From contig NQJD01000025.1 of NCBI GenBank assembly GCA_004284765.1, forward strand, positions 1-32,000: a stretch of DNA of 32,000 bases, in the 5' to 3' direction. This DNA comes from Candidatus Electronema aureum. Lineage in GTDB: Bacteria; Desulfobacterota; Desulfobulbia; Desulfobulbales; Desulfobulbaceae. Below, one piece after another: positions 1 through 6,773 of the stretch; the stretch's first letter is position 1; each line of letters begins with the position of its first letter. A model generated the notes under the pieces. It saw nothing but the letters and a program-made list of their open reading frames with translations. It was not told the DNA's origin and searched no databases. Made by a program: the position numbers and the translations under genes.

Positions 1-281
1 ACAGACTGATGCTTGACAGAAAAGAACATCGCTCTTTCCTCAAGAGTCGCTGAAGGATTTTTCAGAACATGCTCAAGAAGAGCCTCGTCGCTGAATTTTT
101 TCGCACGATATTTTGTCCTTTTATAAGGCTCAACACTTCCTGTCTCTTTGTATTTTCTTATCCATCTGTTCAGGGTATCCAAACTTATAATAAAAATATC
201 AAGAATTTCTTCTTTGGATATCCCTGATTCATAACTCTTGATCACCCTTTTTCTCAAGTCGTTGCTGTATGCTTTAGCCAT
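1..281 (-). CDS. IS630-family transposase, N-terminal HTH part (partial; continues beyond window start)
   Basis: A minus-strand ORF runs from the ATG at 281-279 and is open to position 1. I translated it by hand: MAKAYSNDLRKRVIKSYESGISKEEILDIFIISLDTLNRWIRKYKETGSVEPYKRTKYRAKKFSDEALLEHVLKNPSATLEERAMFF... The M-x-KAYS-x-DLR-x-RV ... L-x-RW-x-x-(K/R)Y-x-ETGS pattern is the typical N-terminus of IS630/Tc1-like bacterial transposases. It is absent from the ORF track because it has no in-window stop. The segment is clearly more AT-rich than its neighbours. Confidence 0.75.
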   Translation of the reverse strand, partial: MAKAYSNDLRKRVIKSYESGISKEEILDIFIISLDTLNRWIRKYKETGSVEPYKRTKYRAKKFSDEALLEHVLKNPSATLEERAMFFSVKHQS

Positions 282-372
282 TCCAGATAATGAATTGATT
301 TTAATTAGTTAAATAAAAAAATAACCTCTCAGGTTATAAATTATAACACAACTGATTTAAAACTTAAACACT
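1..372 (-). mobile_element. One end of an IS630-family insertion sequence (inner boundary approximate, about 360-375)
   Basis: The transposase start at 281 is followed by about 80-90 nt of AT-rich leader. This leader holds the overlapping palindromes ataacc-tctc-ggttat (321-337) and gttataa-a-ttataac (333-347). The neighbouring ORF's stop (364-366) lies in this AT-rich DNA next to TA dinucleotides (372-375), and IS630 elements target TA. The other IS end is outside the window, so the terminal repeat cannot be defined. Confidence 0.5.
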
Positions 373-972
373 ATATTCTGGCCGCTCCAAATAGTTGGGC
401 GGCAGATTTGGAACACCGAAGAGCGTTCCAAGTTTGACAGGAGGCTTTTGGTAAGGTTTTTCTTTCGGCGGTGGTATTGTTCCGGCAGCATAGATGTTGA
501 TATTTTCGACAGTGACATTTCCGCTCCCAGAAGAAATATTGCCACTTCCAGCAATATTCTGGCCAAGATGCGCCGCCTGATTGCTGAGAATTGTCGCCTG
601 ATCTTTGGCCGCATTCATCGGCCCGCCGCCGCTTTTGAACTCATCGCCCATGATCTTTTTCCTGCGGATCATTTCTATGAAAAGGGCAGGCACAGAGGCC
701 TGCCCCTGCAATATTTTATCCAGCCAGATTAACGCATTCCCCAGCAGATTGCCAACCGAAACCGCCTGCGACACAGTTTCAGCAATTGCCTTCAAGACAT
801 CTTTCGCGTTGTTCAGCTTGACGGCAATCTTCTCCTTTTCCTGCGGAGTTTCCTTCACCTGAAGCTGCGCCTCCTTGATCTCCTGCCGCACCTTGTCCCT
901 GACCGGCTCCGGTAGATGCTGCGCTTCTTCTTTTGCCTGCTTCAGGAGTTTAAGCAAATCATTTATTGGCAC
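364..972 (-). CDS. Hypothetical protein; probable decayed 5' module of a STAND-type NTPase gene cut off by the IS630 element
   Basis: The 202-aa ORF has a helical K/E-rich N-terminus and a G/S/N-rich stretch (GQNIAGSGNISSGSGNVTVENINIY). It then has a Pro-rich linker ending LFGVPNLPPNYLERPEYSV* immediately at the IS boundary. The only start candidate is GTG at 972-970, with no SD. The frame stays open upstream to 1056, and an out-of-frame ATG sits at 1051-1049, which suggests 5' damage as well. Confidence 0.45.
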   Translation of the reverse strand: MPINDLLKLLKQAKEEAQHLPEPVRDKVRQEIKEAQLQVKETPQEKEKIAVKLNNAKDVLKAIAETVSQAVSVGNLLGNALIWLDKILQGQASVPALFIEMIRRKKIMGDEFKSGGGPMNAAKDQATILSNQAAHLGQNIAGSGNISSGSGNVTVENINIYAAGTIPPPKEKPYQKPPVKLGTLFGVPNLPPNYLERPEYSV

Positions 973-1079
973 TTGTGGGTAGTTGTTGTTGATGATTTTG
1001 CCATGATCTTTGACAATGCGGCCCGCCGTTATTTTTGAAGGTGGCGCCCATGATTTTCACCGGTTGATTTATGCTGTAG

Positions 1080-1101
1080 GGGCAGACCCTCGTGTCTGCC
1101 C
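1080..1101 (-). terminator. Candidate stem-loop downstream of prfC
   Basis: An 8-bp GC-rich stem gggcagac (1080-1087) / gtctgccc (1094-1101) has a 6-nt loop and lies 17 nt after the prfC stop (1118-1120). No U-tract follows on the minus strand, so the call is weak. Confidence 0.3.
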
Positions 1102-1117
1102 TTGTGCGAAGACATCG

Positions 1118-2704
1118 CTAATTATGCTCCCTCGTCTTATGAAACACAATCTCCGGGAACAGCTCGGCAGTGTGCTTGAGCCGCCACTGGCCGTCAGCAA
1201 GGAAGGCGAGATGTCCTTCTGCGTCATAGGCTAAGTTGCCCTGACACTTCGCTTCAAAGGCCTTCAGCTTCTTCGGATCCTCGCAGCTCACCCAGCGGGC
1301 CAAGTTGTAGTTGATGCCCTCGGAAATCGCCTCCACGCCGTATTCGTCCTTGAGCCGCGCCATCGTCACCTCAAACTGAAGCACGCCCACCGCGCCGAGG
1401 ATGTAGTCATTGCCCAGCACCGGCCTGAAGACCTGCACCGCGCCTTCTTCAGCCATTTGAATTAGCCCTTTGGCTAACTGCTTCATCTTGAGCGGGTTCT
1501 TCAGAATCACCCGGCGGAAGTGCTCCGGCGCGAAGTTGGGGATGCCCGTGAACTTGAGCGGCTCGCGGTCGGTGAAGGTGTCGCCGATCTTGATCGTGCC
1601 GTGGTTGTGAATGCCGATGATGTCGCCGGGATAGGCTTCATCAACGTGGCTGCGCTCCTGGGCCATGAAGACCGTGGCGTTGCTCAGGTTGATCTCCTTG
1701 CCGATGCGGTGGTGCTTGACCTTCATGCCGCGTGTGAACTTGCCGGAGCAAATGCGGAAAAAGGCGATGCGGTCGCGGTGGGCCGGGTCCATGTTGGCCT
1801 GAATCTTGAAGGTGAAGCCGGAGAAGGCTTCCTCGTCCGGCGCAACCATGCGCGAGGCAGCTTGGCGCGGGCCGGGAGCTGGAGCGAGTTCAACGAAGTT
1901 ATCAAGTAGCTCGCGCACACCGAAGTTGTTGATGGCACTACCGAAGAAGACCGGAGTCTGGCCTGCTTTCAAGTAGTCCTCATACTCAAAGGCATTGGCC
2001 GCGCCTTGCAGCAGCTCCACATCCTCACGCAGACGGTCGGCATCACGGCCTAACAGCTCATCAAGGCGTGGGTCAGTCAAACCCTTGACCACAATCCGGT
2101 CTTCTGGGCGGGTGTCGCGGCTGGGGGTGAAGAGATTCAGCTCGTTGCGGCGCAGATCGTACACGCCCTTGAAGCCCTTGCCCATGCCGATTGGCCAGGA
2201 GAGCGGCGCGCACTCAATCTGCAATTTTTCCTCAATGTCGGCGAGGATGTCGAAGGGGTCGAGGCCGTCACGGTCGAGCTTGTTGATAAAGGTGATGATC
2301 GGCGTATTGCGCATCCGGCATACTTCCATTAACTTGCCAGTCTGCGTTTCCACGCCTTTGGCCGAGTCAATCACCATGAGGGCGGAGTCTACGGCAGTGA
2401 GGACGCGGTACGTGTCCTCCGAGAAGTCCTGATGCCCAGGCGTGTCGAGGAGGTTGATCTCGAAGTCTCGGTAGTTAAACTTCATCACCGAGGTGGTGAC
2501 GGAGATGCCGCGCTCCTGCTCAATCGCCATCCAGTCGCTGGTGGCGTGACGGGCTGTCTTGCGCGACTTGACCGCGCCGGCCATGTTGATCGCCCCGCCA
2601 AAGAGGAGGAGCTTTTCGGTGAGCGTGGTCTTGCCTGCGTCCGGATGGCTGATGATGCCGAAGGTGCGGCGTTTCTGGATTTCTTCCTGTAATGCGCTGC
2701 TCAT
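1118..2704 (-). CDS. prfC: Peptide chain release factor 3 (GTPase)
   Basis: G-domain motifs are present: [23 protein letters not shown] and NKLDR, and the protein reads as RF3 along its full length. I place the start at the ATG at 2704-2702 ([26 protein letters not shown]), which is preceded by aggaagg. The track's 38-codon upstream extension to 2818 is Cys/Pro/Phe-rich and unlikely to be coding. Confidence 0.95.
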   Translation of the reverse strand: MSSALQEEIQKRRTFGIISHPDAGKTTLTEKLLLFGGAINMAGAVKSRKTARHATSDWMAIEQERGISVTTSVMKFNYRDFEINLLDTPGHQDFSEDTYRVLTAVDSALMVIDSAKGVETQTGKLMEVCRMRNTPIITFINKLDRDGLDPFDILADIEEKLQIECAPLSWPIGMGKGFKGVYDLRRNELNLFTPSRDTRPEDRIVVKGLTDPRLDELLGRDADRLREDVELLQGAANAFEYEDYLKAGQTPVFFGSAINNFGVRELLDNFVELAPAPGPRQAASRMVAPDEEAFSGFTFKIQANMDPAHRDRIAFFRICSGKFTRGMKVKHHRIGKEINLSNATVFMAQERSHVDEAYPGDIIGIHNHGTIKIGDTFTDREPLKFTGIPNFAPEHFRRVILKNPLKMKQLAKGLIQMAEEGAVQVFRPVLGNDYILGAVGVLQFEVTMARLKDEYGVEAISEGINYNLARWVSCEDPKKLKAFEAKCQGNLAYDAEGHLAFLADGQWRLKHTAELFPEIVFHKTREHN

Positions 2705-2888
2705 GAGTGTTGCCTTCCTGCGGTTAAGGTTGAAGGATGTCGCAGCGCAGCTTATCAGGAAGGCGGGGGGAGGAAAATAAAAATGTGGTGGCAGGGCAAG
2801 ATGCTTGCAGCCGCACATCTTGCAAGTATAGAAGAATTACGGCGTATTAATCGAGAACACTAAGATTGAAATGCGACAGCAGAACGCT

Positions 2889-4622
2889 TCACACCCTGCC
2901 CCTACCTTGCCGAAGGATAGAAATCAGCAGCCCAAAGCCCATAAACCCAGCAAGCAGAAAGCCGACCACACCGATGATGGGAATGTCGTGCCATTTAGGT
3001 TTGATACCGGACAGCACGACCAACGACGAGCCAATAATCAGGGCAGCCAGCACGATGGCGTAAGAAATTCGGTTAGAAGCCTGATTCAGCGAGCGTTCCA
3101 AGGGCCGCAGGCCGTGATGTTCTAACTCCAGCCGTACCTTGCCTTGGCGAAGCATTGCCAAAACGCTGCGGGTTTCAGCAGGCAGATCACGAAGCAGGCT
3201 CAAATACTGCCTACTGGTTTCCGCCGCTTCTTGGGCCAGTCGCCGAGGTGAGATTCGCTCCAGTTTGATCTTTTTGATGAAGGGCTTGGCTAAGGAAAGC
3301 ATCTCAATCTGCGGATCAAGCATCAGCCCCACGCCTTCTGCTGTACCCAAGGATTTGAGCATCAGATAAAGACTCGGCTTGAGGAACATGTGATGGCGAC
3401 TGAACAGTCGCAGTAGTTCCCAGTGGATTTTGCCGATTTCTAAATCACCGATAGAGAGATGCAGGTAGCGGCTCATGAAATCGCTAATATCTAAGGACAG
3501 CGCGTCACGGTCGAACTCGCCCTGCTGGACAGTCATTTTGAGGAGGGCCGATGTTACCTTGCTCTCGTCGCCGGAAACGATACTCCCCACCAGCTCAATG
3601 AAGCTCTCCCGGTCTTTGAACAGCAGCCTACCCATCTGGCCGAAATCAATGAAGCAGACCACGTTGCCGGGGAGAAAGAAGATGTTGCCCGGATGGGGGT
3701 CAGCGTGAAAAAAGCCGTGGGTGAAGACCTGCTCCATCACGAGCCTTGCCCCGCGCTCGGCGAGCAGGGTCAGATCATAACCAGCCGCCCGCAGTCGTTC
3801 AACATTTGAAGCCTTGATGCCGTCGATCTGCTCCATGACCAGAATCCTATCCGAAGACAGGACAGGAAAGGCTTCTGGCACGTAGATTTCTGGGCAGCCT
3901 GCGAATTGACGGGCGAAATGCTGGATGTTGGTCAGTTCAATGGTGAAGTCAATCTCCCGCGACAGACTGCGGGCGAACTCATGGACAATGGCTGTAGGCC
4001 GGTGGCCCTGTACCTCCTCCAGATGGTCTTCCATGAGCTGGGCGATGCGGGCAAGAATCTCCAAATCGATAGCAATGATTTTCTCAAGGCGAGGTCGCTG
4101 CACCTTGACCACCACTTTGCGCTCTCGCTCGATGCCGTCCGGGTCACGCATCACAATTTGAGCATGATGCACCTGGCTGATCGAGGCCGCAGCCACCGGC
4201 TCGGTACTGAAACTGGTGAAAATTTCGGTGGGTTCTTTGCCTAAATCTTCCTGAAAAATCTGCCGCACTTCCTCGTAGGAAAAAGGCGGCACATTATCTT
4301 GGAGCTTGGTCAGTTCCTTCAAGTAATCTGGCGGCACGATGTCCGGTCGTACCGAGAGAAGCTGGCCGAGTTTGATGAAAGTTGGCCCCAGTTCCTCCAA
4401 GACCATGCGCAGACGTGCAGGCCGCGAATGACGGAAAATCTGATCCTGCTCTTGATCACCGGATTTGCTGCGGCTGAACATCTGCAACCCGTACTGGTCT
4501 AAATGCAGATGATCAGCCAGATCGCTGAAGCCGTAACGGAACAGCACCCGCAGAATCTGCTGATAGCGGCTCAGATGCCGGAACGTCCGGTTGAACACGC
4601 CAAACTGCTTGATGCTGATCAT
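2889..4622 (-). CDS. ABC1/AarF/UbiB-family atypical kinase with C-terminal TM helices
   Basis: The 577-aa product carries the family-typical segments LGPTFIKLGQLLSVRPDIVPPDYLKELTKLQDNVPPF, PVAAASISQVHHA and HADPHPGNIFF. The C-terminus is hydrophobic (AIVLAALIIGSSLVVL...IIGVVGFLLAGFMGFGLL). The ATG at 4622 lies 6 nt after the stop of the upstream gene. Confidence 0.85.
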   Translation of the reverse strand: MISIKQFGVFNRTFRHLSRYQQILRVLFRYGFSDLADHLHLDQYGLQMFSRSKSGDQEQDQIFRHSRPARLRMVLEELGPTFIKLGQLLSVRPDIVPPDYLKELTKLQDNVPPFSYEEVRQIFQEDLGKEPTEIFTSFSTEPVAAASISQVHHAQIVMRDPDGIERERKVVVKVQRPRLEKIIAIDLEILARIAQLMEDHLEEVQGHRPTAIVHEFARSLSREIDFTIELTNIQHFARQFAGCPEIYVPEAFPVLSSDRILVMEQIDGIKASNVERLRAAGYDLTLLAERGARLVMEQVFTHGFFHADPHPGNIFFLPGNVVCFIDFGQMGRLLFKDRESFIELVGSIVSGDESKVTSALLKMTVQQGEFDRDALSLDISDFMSRYLHLSIGDLEIGKIHWELLRLFSRHHMFLKPSLYLMLKSLGTAEGVGLMLDPQIEMLSLAKPFIKKIKLERISPRRLAQEAAETSRQYLSLLRDLPAETRSVLAMLRQGKVRLELEHHGLRPLERSLNQASNRISYAIVLAALIIGSSLVVLSGIKPKWHDIPIIGVVGFLLAGFMGFGLLISILRQGRGRV

Positions 4623-4628
4623 CGACCT

Positions 4629-4967
4629 TTATGCCGCAGCTTCGCTGTCGTGCTGACAGCATTTTTCCTTGTTCAGCCCAGCCTCTAACTCAGCGACGCG
4701 ACGGCGCAGCTCTTCGACCTCATCAGTGCTGGCAAGATGACACTGCTTGACTTTCTCATCCACCTTACGCCCGATCCATTGCTCCAGATTTACTTTGGCT
4801 GCATCGGATTTCTTCAGTAGATCATCGACAAAGGCTTTGCCTTCCTCCACAGACAGACAGCCCTTGTCCATCATTTCCTTGCGTACTTCCTCAAGTTTCT
4901 CACGGGTGAGAAACGCTGCGCCGATTCCCGCATACATCACGTTTTTCAACAAATCTTTCATGCTCAT
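4629..4967 (-). CDS. Phasin-like (COG3937-type) small helical protein
   Basis: The 112-aa product has the N-terminus KDLLKNVMYAGIGAAFLTREKLEEVRKEMMDKG and the C-terminus ASTDEVEELRRRVAELEAGL. These match the pattern of PHA-regulator/phasin-family proteins, which are often found just upstream of ABC1 kinases. Confidence 0.6.
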   Translation of the reverse strand: MSMKDLLKNVMYAGIGAAFLTREKLEEVRKEMMDKGCLSVEEGKAFVDDLLKKSDAAKVNLEQWIGRKVDEKVKQCHLASTDEVEELRRRVAELEAGLNKEKCCQHDSEAAA

Positions 4968-5067
4968 GCCCTCCTGAGTTAAAGTTGCATCGCCGCTCTT
5001 CTCGCAGCTCCACCTGAAAGGAACGTACTCGATTTTGTGTGGTCAACACAAGGGAATAAGGGAGGCG

Positions 5068-6129
5068 TCACACCTCGACCTCAGCAAAATACTCTCGCAC
5101 CGCCTCAATGCCTTGCTCGGCAATTTCCATTGGTGGTGAGGAAAGCGGGTTGTTATCAAGCATCAGCTCGGTCAGATTTGTCATCTGAGTGAGTTCTGGT
5201 GGCAACTCGCTGAAGCGGTTACTGTGCAGATTCAGCTCGGTCAGATCATGCAGCTCAAAAAGCGCAGGCGAGAGCGTGCTCAACTCATTGCCGTAAAGAC
5301 AAAGCGAGGTGAGTTCATTGAGGCGGGCGATTTCTGGCGGTAGCTCGCTGAGATGGTTGCTGTGCAGATTTAATTCAGTCAAGCCAGTGAGCGAGAAAAT
5401 CTCCGGCGGCAGCTCAGTTAAGTTATTGTTGCCAAGACAGAGCGCGGTCAGGCCGGTCAGTTGGGTGATTTCCGGCGGCAGGCTACGCAGCTTGTTGCCA
5501 CCAAGATAGAGATGGGTTAGGCTGGCAAGCTGGCCGATAGCAGCAGGCAGCTCGTGCAGGTCATTGTCGAGCAGAGAAAGCTCGGTCAGATTGGTGAGTT
5601 GGCCGATTTCCGGCGGCAGTTCAGTCAGGCAGTTGCTGTCGATATCCAGCTCTCTGAGATGAGGCAACCGGAAGAGTTCCAAGGGCAGACTGCGCAGGCG
5701 ATTGCCGTTGAGGTTCAACACAGTCAAGTTGGTGAGCTGGCCGATTTCTGGTGGCAGCTCAGTCAACTTGTTGCCGCTCAGGTTCAGCTCAGTCAGATGA
5801 GTGAGCTGGCCGATTTCTGGCGGCAACGTGCACAGACAATTATTGAGCAGATAAAGCTCGGTTAAGTCAGTGAGCTGCGAAATCTCGACGGGAAGCTGAC
5901 TCAGGCCATTGCCACCAAGATTGAGTGCTTTCAACTGACTCAGCCGGGCAATGTCGGGCGGCAACGAAGTCAGTTTATTGCTGCGCAGGTTCAGCTCGGT
6001 GAGGTTCGTCAGCTCGAAGAGTTCTGGCGGCAGCTCACTGAGCTGACTGCCGATAAGGTTAAGACTGGCGGCTTTGCTCTCCGCCGCTTTTTTAATCTTC
6101 ATCACTTTGACCAGTTCCTCATTCATCAT
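5068..6129 (-). CDS. Leucine-rich repeat protein (14 in-phase 23-residue LRRs, no other domain)
   Basis: The repeats follow LxxLxELxLxxNxLxELPPEIGQLTNLTE and iterate 14 times without a phase break. They end in an NPLSSPPMEIAEQGIEAVREYF cap. I place the start at the ATG at 6129-6127 (MMNEEL...), preceded by GGAGGA with a 6-nt spacer. The track's extension to 6213 is not supported. Confidence 0.9.
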   Translation of the reverse strand: MMNEELVKVMKIKKAAESKAASLNLIGSQLSELPPELFELTNLTELNLRSNKLTSLPPDIARLSQLKALNLGGNGLSQLPVEISQLTDLTELYLLNNCLCTLPPEIGQLTHLTELNLSGNKLTELPPEIGQLTNLTVLNLNGNRLRSLPLELFRLPHLRELDIDSNCLTELPPEIGQLTNLTELSLLDNDLHELPAAIGQLASLTHLYLGGNKLRSLPPEITQLTGLTALCLGNNNLTELPPEIFSLTGLTELNLHSNHLSELPPEIARLNELTSLCLYGNELSTLSPALFELHDLTELNLHSNRFSELPPELTQMTNLTELMLDNNPLSSPPMEIAEQGIEAVREYFAEVEV

Positions 6130-6213
6130 CAGACATCCTCCGTGGGGAAAACTTGCCCCTGTTGTATTGTCCACCTTGTTGATAGACGCTGCCCTGTGGC
6201 TTGAAAAAAGCAC

Positions 6214-6389
6214 TCTCGTGCTCGAAAAAAAACATCGAGTGATGTCGTTAGGAAACTATTCTCGATGTCGGACTAAGACCTCCCTCGATCTCAGAAAAAA
6301 CATCGAGCGTGCTCGTACTACGACATCGAGAATGGTTTTCTAAAAAGTACCCTCGATGTTTTTCCGGGAGAAGCAGGGAGGCTGGGGGT
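6214..6389. repeat. Intergenic cluster of CATCGAG/CTCGATG repeats forming mutually exclusive inverted repeats
   Basis: CATCGAG occurs at 6233, 6301 and 6324. CTCGATG occurs at 6261 and 6353, and CTCGATC at 6284. There is a perfect 13-bp inverted repeat, attctcgatgtcg (6258-6270) / cgacatcgagaat (6321-6333). There is also a 12-bp inverted repeat, aaaaacatcgag (6296-6307) / ctcgatgttttt (6352-6363). The direct repeat aaaaaacatcgag occurs at 6227-6239 and 6295-6307. Confidence 0.7.
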
Positions 6390-6764
6390 TTACTCCCGGT
6401 GAATATCTCGGTGAGAAACAGCCAGCTCGTTGTTACTGGTCATCTCAGTCAGAACATGTCGCAGATGCTCTGTCACCGCCACAGAGCGATGTCGTCCGCC
6501 AGTGCAGCCAATAGCGCAGGTAAATTCTTGGCGGCCTGCCTGCTTGTGACTGTTGAGGATGAAGGCAAGAAAGGGGTTTAGCTGCGCCAAGAACTCGCGC
6601 CCAACCTCGCTTTTCAGCACATAAGCAGCCACCAGCTCTTCCACGCCAGTATGCTCCTTCAATTCCGGCACCCAGTAGGGATTAGGCAGAAAGCGGACAT
6701 CCAGCACCATATCCGCCTCTGGCTGACCGTATTTGAAGCCAAAGGAAAAGAGACTGATCTTCAT
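6390..6764 (-). CDS. Stand-alone RapZ (YhbJ) C-terminal domain protein, lacking the N-terminal P-loop domain
   Basis: The 124-aa product MKISLFSFGFKYGQPEADMVLDVRFLPNPYWVPELKEHTG...FTCAIGCTGGRHRSVAVTEHL...SHRDI aligns by eye with roughly residues 155-284 of E. coli RapZ (SFGFKHG...DVRFLPNP...AIGCTGGKHRSV...HR). There is a good SD: taGGAGaacaccATG, which overlaps the stop of the upstream ClC gene. Confidence 0.8.
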   Translation of the reverse strand: MKISLFSFGFKYGQPEADMVLDVRFLPNPYWVPELKEHTGVEELVAAYVLKSEVGREFLAQLNPFLAFILNSHKQAGRQEFTCAIGCTGGRHRSVAVTEHLRHVLTEMTSNNELAVSHRDIHRE

Positions 6765-6773
6765 GGTGTTCTC

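Noticed and set aside
2705-2818. A 38-codon N-terminal extension of prfC in the ORF track
   Set aside because: The extension ([21 protein letters not shown]...) is not RF3-like. A strong SD (aggaagg) precedes the internal ATG at 2704, which gives the canonical RF3 N-terminus.
4968-5067. A hairpin, ttgtgt-ggtca-acacaa, after the LRR gene as a terminator
   Set aside because: The stem is only 6 bp and AT-rich, and no U-tract follows on the transcribed (minus) strand.
6130-6213. A 28-codon N-terminal extension of the LRR ORF
   Set aside because: GGAGGA plus a 6-nt spacer precedes the ATG at 6129. The extension overlaps the repeat-rich leader and has no LRR or signal-peptide character.
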